The notes: generated by a model not told the origin, from the letters alone. Positions 18,495 to 26,298 are shown, counted from the stretch's first letter. The stretch: 64,000 nt of DNA from Eubacteriales bacterium (GCA_045541555.1 JAZQJH010000005.1:752-64751), one strand, 5' to 3'. Numbers and translations are program-made.

Positions 18495-18943
18495 AGCTCC
18501 TAAAATTCTACCTCAAGTATTATCTTTTCCGATCCATCCGGAAGGTGGAAAACATTGAGCGGGTAATCCGGTCTCTGGGGTTTCGAATTTATGAGTATGA
18601 TCCTCTTGAAACGAAGGGGGATATGGTCAAATTTTTGAGTTTGCTGGGCTGTTTGGATTATAGCAAGGATAAAAAAGCTTTTACTTATTGGGCTAATGGT
18701 GCTGTAAATCGTATCGTGTTTACTCAAGAAGGTTTTAATGACGATGATCGGCGCACGTTGCTTTTTCACGAGGCGGCACATATTTGGTATGACCATCTAC
18801 ATATTACCGGATTTACAGATCAGAGCGATATTCAGCAAGAGGTCACGGCAAATCTTTTTGAACGCAGATTACGCATTTTGAAAGGTATTACATATGCTGT
18901 TTTTGCGGTGTTAATATGCGCTGTGTTTGGTTTTTTTGCTTGA
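18491..18943 (+). CDS. HExxH metallopeptidase-like protein with C-terminal TM anchor (ImmA/IrrE- or BlaR1-like), paralog 1
   Basis: LLFHEAAHIWYDHL, with a hydrophobic tail ITYAVFAVLICAVFGFFA. Overlapping start (ATGA). Confidence 0.5.
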   Translation: MKLLKFYLKYYLFRSIRKVENIERVIRSLGFRIYEYDPLETKGDMVKFLSLLGCLDYSKDKKAFTYWANGAVNRIVFTQEGFNDDDRRTLLFHEAAHIWYDHLHITGFTDQSDIQQEVTANLFERRLRILKGITYAVFAVLICAVFGFFA

Positions 18944-18966
18944 ATTACATAGAAAGGGGCACGGTT

Positions 18967-19245
18967 ATGAAAAGACCGGAAATTACAGACATTGCGGCGG
19001 CAATCCGCTGCTATTACGGTGCCGGGTATATCGGCAATAAAGAGATTCAACAGATCTTCGGCAAAATATCGTCGGGGACCGTATCACGGTTGAAAAAGGC
19101 GGTCCGGGAGGAAGAGATACGACAGTCTATCCCCGAGGTAGTGCCGAAAAAGGTTAGCTCCCGGATCGCCTACGAGGTATGGCAGATTGATATTGATTCC
19201 TTGGTGAAGAACTATAAGCAGCTTCAGAAGCTGGGGCTGGTGTAA
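18967..19245 (+). CDS. hypothetical small protein (92 aa)
   Basis: Lies between the two HExxH paralogs, with the ATG at 18967. SGTVSRLKKAV may be an HTH-like segment. Confidence 0.4.
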   Translation: MKRPEITDIAAAIRCYYGAGYIGNKEIQQIFGKISSGTVSRLKKAVREEEIRQSIPEVVPKKVSSRIAYEVWQIDIDSLVKNYKQLQKLGLV

Positions 19246-19246
19246 C

Positions 19247-19702
19247 ATGAAGGTATTGCAATTCTATCTCAAATACTTCCTGTTCCGATCCACCCGGAAG
19301 GTGGAAAACATTGAGCGGGTGATCCGGTCACATGGCTTTAAAATTTATGATTATCGACCGGAGGAAACGACAACAAAGGTTGCTGATTTGATTCGAGCTT
19401 TGGGGGTGGAAGACTTTGCTCAAAGTCAACATGGCTTTGTGGTGGTTAATCCTATTATCAAGGGTGTTTTTATCAAAAAAGGTATGAGTGATGCGGATCG
19501 GATTTGTATTCTTTTTCATGAGGAGGCACATATTTGGTTTAACCATCTTAATACAGAGAATTTCACAAATCAAACGCACGTACAGAAAGAGGCGGCGGCT
19601 CATAATCTGCTTCTTATAGTACGTTTTTTAAAGGCTGTGACGGCTTTTACGGTCGTTGCGGCGTTGGTTATTGCCCTTAGGTTTTGGGGCGTTGTAGCTT
19701 AA
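19247..19702 (+). CDS. HExxH metallopeptidase-like protein with C-terminal TM anchor, paralog 2
   Basis: ILFHEEAHIWFNHL. The N-terminal 40 aa are nearly identical to those of 18491-18943. Confidence 0.5.
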   Translation: MKVLQFYLKYFLFRSTRKVENIERVIRSHGFKIYDYRPEETTTKVADLIRALGVEDFAQSQHGFVVVNPIIKGVFIKKGMSDADRICILFHEEAHIWFNHLNTENFTNQTHVQKEAAAHNLLLIVRFLKAVTAFTVVAALVIALRFWGVVA

Positions 19703-19714
19703 TTTTGATGATAA

Positions 19715-19803
19715 TTTCGCACCGATAGCGTGAGCGCAGAGCTCTAATCATGGAAATATGATCGCACCGATAGCGTGAGGCGATAGCTTCTAAACATGGG
19801 AAA
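19715..19803 (+). repeat. two tandem ~45-bp repeats (core TCGCACCGATAGCGTGAG)
   Basis: The core occurs at 19717-19734 and 19762-19779. Both units end in ..CTAA(T/A)CATGG. Confidence 0.7.
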
Positions 19804-19810
19804 GGAGATC

Positions 19811-20482
19811 ATGATGGAAGGTGTCATGATGGCGGCTGAATCGGCCGCACAAACCGTTGATAACGCAACGGCAGGGGTGGAGGTCGTGGCTTCACCTGAG
19901 GGTGCTGTATCGGAAAATAATGCGGAGGTACAGGGAAGCCCGGAAGGCGGGGAACGTTCACCGGTACAGAGACAGAACCGGGACACCAACGCCTATTTTA
20001 AGGGGCTTCGCCAGAAGGCGGAACAGCAGGCAAAAGAGCAGCAGGATGCGGACGAGCAGGCGGATTTTGAAAGTCGAGTGAGAGAGTCTGATCTATATCG
20101 GGAACTTGAGGCACGGGCAAACCGTGATCGGATGGAAGCCGATATGCTTCGCTCTGATGCAGAGCTGCACCGAGTAGATGAACAGATGCGCGCGGATCTG
20201 GAAGCTATTCAAAAGTTAGATCCCACAGTCCGGTCTTTGGAGGACTTGGGGGATGATTTTGTGGAGTTGGTTCGAGAGCACGATGGCCCTACTGCTTTTC
20301 TGATCATGAAGGGATTGGAGGCATTGAAGCCACCAATTACCGGGGAGATCGGCGGTATGGGAAGTTATGAGCGAGACTTCACCAGCGATGAATTGGATCG
20401 ACTGCAAAAGGGAGATCTGATTAAAAATGACAACCTCTATAAAAAGGCGATGCGCTCTTTGTTAGGGGGGTTAAACGAATAA
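19811..20482 (+). CDS. scaffolding-like acidic coiled-coil protein
   Basis: About 223 aa, rich in E/D/R/Q, with predicted long helices. It sits immediately upstream of the capsid-like gene. RBS AAAGGAG lies before the ATG at 19811. Confidence 0.4.
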   Translation: MMEGVMMAAESAAQTVDNATAGVEVVASPEGAVSENNAEVQGSPEGGERSPVQRQNRDTNAYFKGLRQKAEQQAKEQQDADEQADFESRVRESDLYRELEARANRDRMEADMLRSDAELHRVDEQMRADLEAIQKLDPTVRSLEDLGDDFVELVREHDGPTAFLIMKGLEALKPPITGEIGGMGSYERDFTSDELDRLQKGDLIKNDNLYKKAMRSLLGGLNE

Positions 20483-20507
20483 TTTACAACAAAAGGAGAT
20501 TTTTATT

Positions 20508-21332
20508 ATGGCATATTCTAATTTTAAGCCCGAGATCTGGGCGGCAACGATCGAGAGAACCTTGCGGCAGAAAACTATTTTGACGGATTTCTGCAATACC
20601 AAGGTGGACGGACAACCTACCTACGGTAGTGTAGTCAACATTTTGGGAGCCGGTGTTCCCAGCGTAAGAAAGTATGATCCTGATGCAGGTCTGACCACCA
20701 TTGATAAGCCCGAGGGCAATGTGGTGCGTTTGCTGATCGACCAGGCAAATGAGTTTAACTTCATGGTCGGTGATATTGACAAAGCGCAGACTACTCCGGA
20801 TCTGATGCCTGCTCTGTTGGATGAAGCTGCCGGTGAACTGGCTATGCACCGTGATGTTTATATCGCAGAGCTGGCAAGAAACGCCGCAAATATTTCGGAG
20901 TCTATGGCCATCGCAACGGCAGCAGAGGCGAAAAAAGCGATTGATACCGGATTGCGCCGGTTGCGTGAAAACAACGTGACCCCGGATAAGAACGTCCGCA
21001 TCGAGCTCTCTTACTGGATGTATCAGCTCTTCCGGGATTACCTGGTGGATGCTAAGACGGCCAATGATGCGCTGCTGAAGAACGGCACTATCGGGATGTA
21101 TGATGGCTGTGCCGTTGCATACAGCAATAACATTGCCAAGACGGAGGATGGTACCGATTATCTCTGTATGATTCGTACCGATAAGGCTATTGCTTTGGCG
21201 GCTCAGGTGGAAAAGGTGGAGCCTTACCGCCCGGAGAAATTCTTTGCGGATGCCGTGAAGGGTCTTGACGTATTCGGTGCCAAGATCGCCAGAGAGAACG
21301 AGATCTACGTCGTGAAGTGCCACGAGGCATAA
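20508..21332 (+). CDS. putative major capsid protein (small HK97-fold / P22-coat-like type)
   Basis: 274 aa. The N-terminus MAYSNFKPEIWAA..ER resembles the F(I/K)PEIWS start I recall for ~300-aa firmicute phage capsid proteins. RBS AAAGGAG is strong, and a strong terminator lies at about 21339-21372. Confidence 0.5.
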   Translation: MAYSNFKPEIWAATIERTLRQKTILTDFCNTKVDGQPTYGSVVNILGAGVPSVRKYDPDAGLTTIDKPEGNVVRLLIDQANEFNFMVGDIDKAQTTPDLMPALLDEAAGELAMHRDVYIAELARNAANISESMAIATAAEAKKAIDTGLRRLRENNVTPDKNVRIELSYWMYQLFRDYLVDAKTANDALLKNGTIGMYDGCAVAYSNNIAKTEDGTDYLCMIRTDKAIALAAQVEKVEPYRPEKFFADAVKGLDVFGAKIARENEIYVVKCHEA

Positions 21333-21402
21333 AAACCAATCCCTCCCCATCGAAAACGGTGGGGAGGGTACAAAAAACTAATACATAAAGAAGGGGCTAA
21401 AA

Positions 21403-21660
21403 ATGAAACAGACAATAAACAAACGGCATAAAAAATGTCGATCTTTTGAGCGGGAGCTATTGCGGAAGATTTTCAATATCCTTTGCCGGTGCGGTATGGT
21501 GATCGGCGTGATTGCCTTGATCGGTATATGGGGCGGCGCAGAGTTCGGAGAGCTGCTGATCGGTCGGCGGATCCTCTGGACGGTTATGGATCTTCTTTTG
21601 ATCTGCGCTGCGGCACGTGGCGATTCTATGACAGGGAGGGATCCCGATGGAATTCTTTGA
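21403..21660 (+). CDS. small 2-TM membrane protein
   Basis: 85 aa, with a basic N-terminus followed by two hydrophobic segments. Confidence 0.4.
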   Translation: MKQTINKRHKKCRSFERELLRKIFNILCRCGMVIGVIALIGIWGGAEFGELLIGRRILWTVMDLLLICAAARGDSMTGRDPDGIL

Positions 21661-21871
21661 ACTGCTGGCTGCTATGAAAGCACGTGCGCCGGTGATGACT
21701 CGGATCAAAGAACCGTCTTATGAGGTTTTAATTGTGGGGACGGTTGCAGGGGTCGGTTATCGGTTCGATAAAGACAGCAAGGTGGTCGCACAGGCAGAGA
21801 TCAAGGATCGGAGCAGCAATTCTATTACGGTCGTTGCTTGCGAGAATGTAGAAAAATTGTGGCAGGATTAA
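21647..21871 (+). CDS. hypothetical small protein
   Basis: 74 aa. It overlaps the upstream gene by 14 nt. Confidence 0.35.
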   Translation: MEFFELLAAMKARAPVMTRIKEPSYEVLIVGTVAGVGYRFDKDSKVVAQAEIKDRSSNSITVVACENVEKLWQD

Positions 21872-21932
21872 AGTAAAATCAAATTCCCAAACGCTTGGGA
21901 ATTTGCGGATATAAAGCGAAATTTTAAGAGAA

Positions 21933-22036
21933 AATGCCTCCCTGGAATAACACCCGGGGAGGCATTGGCAACGGAACTGAAAAGGAAAAACGGTTAAGAT
22001 CTGCGGTGCTTGACCGGGGGGAGGCGGTCGCCTCCC
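21933..22036 (+). promoter_or_regulatory. two hairpins sharing GGGAGGC/GCCTCCC arms (candidate replication origin)
   Basis: AATGCCTCCC (21933-21942) pairs with GGGAGGCATT (21957-21966). GGGAGGC-GGTC-GCCTCCC lies at 22019-22036. Both lie directly upstream of the Rep-like gene. Confidence 0.4.
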
Positions 22037-22135
22037 GATGGGCCTTGTATGAAGTATTAACTTAACGCACGTTTTAAAAGGGGCAGCGGTATGGTATTTT
22101 ACAGACAAAATATGACAATAGGCGGAGATTTTGCT

Positions 22136-22897
22136 ATGATTACGGCGGTTCCTGTCTATCAAATGATATCCGGAGTGGCACACAAGCGCCGCAGGCGGTC
22201 GAGATGTAAACCTACAAGGGAGGCGCAAGCGTGGGGGAATAAGAAACGAGCAGAGGAGTATTTCTTTTATCTGGTTCATGAAAACTTTACGCTTGAAGAT
22301 TATCGCCTGGATATTGATTTTAAGGACGAGTGTATGCCAAAGAATGAGCAGGATCTGAAGAAGGTCATGCGGAATTATATTGTGCGCTTGCGCCGTCTTT
22401 ATCAGAAATATGACCTGGAATTAAAGCTGATCTGGATTCCGGAGAGATCCGGCAAGGGACGGATTCATATTCATGGCTTTATCAATGGCGGTGTACCGGT
22501 AGAGGAGATCCGCAAGGCATGGAAAGAACAGGGGCGGGTCAATATGGATCGTTTTCAATATGATCAGCACGGCTTGGAGGGATATGTTCATTACGTCTTT
22601 AAGGATCCGTTGTTAGCTAAGCATTGGTGCGCAACAAAGAATTTGAAAAAGCCGGTGCAGCGTAAATCTGATTACACATTGCGACAAAAGGATGTTTCTG
22701 CGGTTCGCCGTGGAGATCTCCGGGAGCTGGAGCAACGGCTGACGGGCTGGGAAGTGATCGTGGCTCGGGAGGAATGGGAGGAACCCAGCGTTTTAAATTG
22801 GTCTGTAGTGGAATCGGAAGTCCGGGACAACGAGGTGAACGGATATCCGTATCTTTACATAAAGCTATGCCGGAAAAATGCCCGGTTAAGCTATTAG
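22136..22897 (+). CDS. HUH-type rolling-circle replication initiator-like protein
   Basis: The HUH-like motif is GRIHIHGFI. A Tyr-rich motif EGYVHYVFKD lies about 35 aa downstream. The ATG at 22136 has a GGAG RBS, and 22091 is an alternative start. Confidence 0.5.
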   Translation: MITAVPVYQMISGVAHKRRRRSRCKPTREAQAWGNKKRAEEYFFYLVHENFTLEDYRLDIDFKDECMPKNEQDLKKVMRNYIVRLRRLYQKYDLELKLIWIPERSGKGRIHIHGFINGGVPVEEIRKAWKEQGRVNMDRFQYDQHGLEGYVHYVFKDPLLAKHWCATKNLKKPVQRKSDYTLRQKDVSAVRRGDLRELEQRLTGWEVIVAREEWEEPSVLNWSVVESEVRDNEVNGYPYLYIKLCRKNARLSY

Positions 22898-23071
22898 GAA
22901 TTGAATAGTAGCTCCGCATCAGCGGGGCTTATGCTACGTGATTTTGTTAAGATTTGTTAAGATCATTCGTGCGCAGGCGTGCGTGCATATAGCAAGCGCA
23001 CGTGCGCAAATAATATGTTGCTGTTAATGATACCATCTTAACAGCTGGAAAAAGTATGAGGATTTGATGAA

Positions 23072-23353
23072 ATGGCAGAGGTTTTTAGGCAAAATAAGCG
23101 GTTGAAGGTGCCCTATTGGCAGCAGGGATATATCTTTTTTGTATCGAGAAAATATGATAAACTTCCGGCATATCAGCAGGAATGGATCTTGGAACATTGC
23201 CAGGAGGTCGGCAGGGAATATTGGAAGGCGCTTTTTGATTACGTGACTACGGATATCAGCGCAACGGCGGTGTGTATTAAATCTTATATTTCTGAATCTA
23301 CGTTGAATCGGTTGGTGAAACGGTACTATGATGAGTTTCCGAAGGAACTTTGA
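23072..23353 (+). CDS. hypothetical small protein, possible transcription regulator
   Basis: 93 aa. The C-terminal SESTLNRLVKRYY segment is HTH-like. Confidence 0.3.
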   Translation: MAEVFRQNKRLKVPYWQQGYIFFVSRKYDKLPAYQQEWILEHCQEVGREYWKALFDYVTTDISATAVCIKSYISESTLNRLVKRYYDEFPKEL

Positions 23354-23440
23354 GCGGGAGCTGGTCGCCCATCGGCGGCATTCGTGGAGCGGATCAGCGC
23401 CGCAGGGGATAAAAGGAGCGGTGCCTATGATCGTTCTCTG

Positions 23441-23558
23441 TTGACAATGCCTGTATATTGGTGCTATACTATTTGCGAAAGAGATATTGACTGCTGGTGA
23501 CAAGCCTGAGTTATTATGACTCCGCCCACCCTTTCAGCAATGTCTCTTTTTGTTTTTT
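23441..23558 (+). ncRNA. candidate ~80-nt small RNA in the right arm of the element
   Basis: TTGACA (23441-23446) / 18 nt / TATACT (23465-23470). The closing stem pairs GAGATATTGACTG (23481-23493) with CAGCAATGTCTC (23535-23546) and is followed by T5GT7. Confidence 0.35.
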
Positions 23559-23691
23559 TGTACACGATTCGTACACGAATAAATCGAAAAAAAGAAAATG
23601 GTCGGTGTATGACATTGAATAAAAATGCAGATTTCAAGCCACTTTTTGAAGATTTGCGAAAGTGAATAAATGTGAAAAAACAGTACTTTTT

Positions 23692-23712
23692 ATTCCAGTT
23701 GTCTCCACCAAA
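23692..23712 (+). repeat. attR core (direct repeat)
   Basis: Identical 21-mer to 13766-13786. Confidence 0.8.
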
Positions 23713-23756
23713 AAATAAAAGGACTACTTCGGTAGTCCTTTTATTTTTTGGTGGAG
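23703..23756. terminator. 25-bp perfect inverted repeat (bidirectional terminator; presumed native tRNA-Val terminator)
   Basis: CTCCACCAAAAAATAAAAGGACTAC-TTCG-GTAGTCCTTTTATTTTTTGGTGGAG. Confidence 0.7.
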
Positions 23757-23973
23757 TAAGGATTGAACTTTTTTGCATTTTGCAAAAAAGTTCGTTGAGG
23801 TAGCCGCTCGCCGATCGCGAGCGGACTGCCGTGTCTCGAGCAGTGAGAATTTTTCGCATAGTGCCGACCCGCACCACGAAAAATTCCACAGCGCAGAGTT
23901 TCCGGTATAAAGTCTGCGTCTATTTAAAACAACTTTCAAAAAAGTCTCTCAATCTTGCGATTGAGAGACTTTT

Positions 23974-25266
23974 TTATAATACAATTGTTAACCCCAAAAT
24001 CGCCAAGAGAAGCGTGGGGAGGGCTACGGCGGCGCCGTAGCGCGTGAAGCGACCGAAGGAGAGGCGGATGTCGTGGGCGCGCAAAAGCTGCATCCACATG
24101 ATGCCTGCCAGCGCTCCGATGGGGGTGAAGAAGGCACCTAAGTTGGAGCCGATGATGCTGGCATAGAGGGCGGCGGCTTCGCCGCCGGCGGTGATCCGCT
24201 CGAAAAGGACGCTCATGGGAATGTTGTTCATGAGGTTGGCGGCGAGGAAGGAGGAGGTGCCATAGCCCCAGCCGGCCGGAAAGGCGGTGAGTAGCTTGGC
24301 GATCTCCTGGGTGACGCCGTACTTTTCCAGCGCCAGCACCAGAATGAACATGGAAAGGACGAAGGGTGCCATCTCTAAGGGGGCGCGCTTGAGGGTCTCA
24401 CGGATGACCACCAGGCTGCGCTGGCGCGCCAGCAGATAGACGGTGGCGGTGACGAAAAGGCTGAGGAACGCCACCAAGGCGATCAGCCACATAGGCAGGT
24501 CGATATAGGAGGAGAGCACCAAAAAGAGGATGCAGAGGGAGAGGTGCAGGACGCCCAGCCCTACCAACGGACGATCTAAGCGGTGAACCGCCGGCGCGGA
24601 GCGCTGAAGCGGCTCCCGGAGCTTCCTGCGAAAGAGCAGGAGCAGGGCGGCGAGGGAGCCAAGCCCGGAGAGGAGGGTGGGGAGCGCCATGACCTTGATA
24701 TAGCCGAAAAAGGAAAGACCGGCGCCGGTTCCTAAATAGATGTTGGTGGGGTTGCCGATGATAAGCAGCATACTCCAGGTATTGGCGGCGATGAATTCAC
24801 AAAAGAGATAGGGGAGTGGGTCGATCTTCGCGTTGCGGGTGAAATAGCAGATAAAGGGGGTAAAGGTCAGGACGATGATGTCGTTGGAGGTAAAGACCGT
24901 CAGGACGGAGACCGTAACGTAAAGGGTCAGAAAGAGGGAAAGTTGGTTGCCCTTGGCGCGGGAAAGCATCCGCTCCGCTAAGTAGCGGAAGAAGCCGGCG
25001 GCGTCCAGAAAGACGGAGATCAGCGTCATGGAAAAGAAGAGGATCAGAATCTTGATGGGATTCATGGCGGTGGGGGAAGTAAGCCCTCTGAAGATCTCCG
25101 ACCAGCTTAAAGTGCCGGAAAACGCCAAGACCAAAGCTCCCAGTACCGGCGGCAGCCAGTAGATGCTGATCTGCTCCTGACCGATCTTGACGGACGGTTT
25201 TAAAAAGACCAGCCCAATCAATAGCAGACAGGTTAATATACATACTGTTGTGACAAATAACATCAA
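23974..25266 (-). CDS. ArsB/NhaD-superfamily permease
   Basis: 430 aa and polytopic. Its length and pattern are typical of arsenical-pump / citrate-transporter-like proteins. The terminator hairpin lies at 23937-23972. Confidence 0.6.
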   Translation of the reverse strand: MMLFVTTVCILTCLLLIGLVFLKPSVKIGQEQISIYWLPPVLGALVLAFSGTLSWSEIFRGLTSPTAMNPIKILILFFSMTLISVFLDAAGFFRYLAERMLSRAKGNQLSLFLTLYVTVSVLTVFTSNDIIVLTFTPFICYFTRNAKIDPLPYLFCEFIAANTWSMLLIIGNPTNIYLGTGAGLSFFGYIKVMALPTLLSGLGSLAALLLLFRRKLREPLQRSAPAVHRLDRPLVGLGVLHLSLCILFLVLSSYIDLPMWLIALVAFLSLFVTATVYLLARQRSLVVIRETLKRAPLEMAPFVLSMFILVLALEKYGVTQEIAKLLTAFPAGWGYGTSSFLAANLMNNIPMSVLFERITAGGEAAALYASIIGSNLGAFFTPIGALAGIMWMQLLRAHDIRLSFGRFTRYGAAVALPTLLLAILGLTIVL

Positions 25267-25486
25267 ATTCCCCCTTTGCCGGAAGATATTCTATCATATT
25301 CCGCCCAAAGTTGCAATTGTTTTTCGTAAGGTAACAAGGAGTAACATGGAAGTAACAACGTTACATAGAGAAAGAGATAGAGATAGAGTAAGAGTAAGAG
25401 ATAGAAGAAGAGAAGGGTCAGCGTCCCACTCTCATGCAAAAGTCTATGGGGGCGGAAAGATATTCCATTATTATATAACTACAACA

Positions 25487-25762
25487 TTATATAAATGACA
25501 TTTGACCGTAAGTTATATCTTCTCGTAACTGGTTTCATATGTATTCCGCAATGACTTTTTTATTTCTTCCTATCGGATCCACATAGTATCCTTTACACCA
25601 AAAGTGCCTATTTCCGTATTTGTATTTCATATTCGCCTATTTTTCAAATATCATTAAACTACTTTTTCCTTTGAGGTGTCCCATTATCTGTGATACGCTA
25701 TACTTTGGCGGTATTGATACTAACACATGTATGTGGTCTTTGCACAAATCTTTCTGTCTTAT
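25487..25762 (-). pseudogene. IS200/IS605-family TnpA (Y1 transposase) remnant
   Basis: The minus-strand translation is ..KDHIHVLVSIPPKYSVSQIMGHLKGKSSLMIFEK*ANMKYKYGNRHFWCKGYYVDPIGRNKKVIAEYI*NQLREDI.. It has two in-frame stops and the N-terminal part is missing. Confidence 0.8.
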
Positions 25763-25812
25763 AAGTCAATAAAGAGTTGCAGAGTAATCATGGATATGAT
25801 AGAATAAAAAAT

Positions 25813-26298
25813 ATGAAGATTATAAAAAGCAATCGAAAAACTTTATCTTTGTCCATCGACAGAGAGGGTCAGCCGGTGGTGCGTGCGCCTTACGGGTGTT
25901 CCGACGCCTTTATTTTGGAATTCGTGCAAAAGCATCAAGGCTGGATTCAAAAGCATCAGGCCGCCCATCGAAATCATACCGAGGCGGAGATCGCCGCCCT
26001 TCGGGCGCGAGCCAAGGCGTATCTTCCGGGCAGGGTGGCGTACTACGCCCCTTTGATGGGGGTGAAGCCCACCGGCGTCAAGATCACCGCCGCCCGGACG
26101 CGGTACGGCAGCTGCAGTCCTAAAAACAGCCTTTGCTTTTCCCTCTACCTCATGGAGAAGAGTGCGCGCGCCATCGACTACGTGGTGGTGCATGAGCTGG
26201 CGCACATTCTGCGCCGGGATCACAGCAAGCATTTTTACAAAATCATTGAAAAAACGCTCCCCGATTATCGGGAAAGAATAAAGGAATTGAAAGCATGA
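25813..26298 (+). CDS. M48/YgjP-like (DUF45) zinc metallopeptidase
   Basis: The start is MKIIKSNRKTLSLSI and the motif is VVHELAHILRRDHS. Its stop overlaps the start of the downstream ABC gene. Confidence 0.65.
   Translation: MKIIKSNRKTLSLSIDREGQPVVRAPYGCSDAFILEFVQKHQGWIQKHQAAHRNHTEAEIAALRARAKAYLPGRVAYYAPLMGVKPTGVKITAARTRYGSCSPKNSLCFSLYLMEKSARAIDYVVVHELAHILRRDHSKHFYKIIEKTLPDYRERIKELKA

Larger units (their letters stand above)
13766..23712. mobile_element. ~9.9-kb integrative element in the tRNA-Val 3' end (phage-satellite-like: integrase, CI/Cro switch, Rep, scaffold + capsid)
   Basis: The 21-bp direct repeat ATTCCAGTTGTCTCCACCAAA occurs at 13766-13786 and 23692-23712. A tyrosine integrase lies next to the tRNA. 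The interior is visibly more AT-rich than the flanks. GTACACGA arm repeats occur at both ends. Confidence 0.8.

Noticed and set aside
23749-23880. A possible tRNA or tmRNA on the minus strand, because the sequence ends in ..GTTCAATCCTTACTCCACCA.
   Set aside because: No complementary 5' acceptor strand (GGAGTAA) is present. The T-stem does not pair. A tmRNA-length molecule would run into the ArsB/NhaD CDS. The CTCCACCA is simply the distal arm of the 25-bp inverted repeat.
23464-23889. A 141-aa minus-strand ORF spanning attR.
   Set aside because: It crosses the att core, the 25-bp hairpin and the element boundary. It has no RBS and is incompatible with the integration structure.
25187-25498. 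A 103-aa ORF with RDRDRVRVRDRRREG repeats.
   Set aside because: It is the translation of the purine-rich simple repeat. It has no RBS and overlaps the start region of the permease gene.
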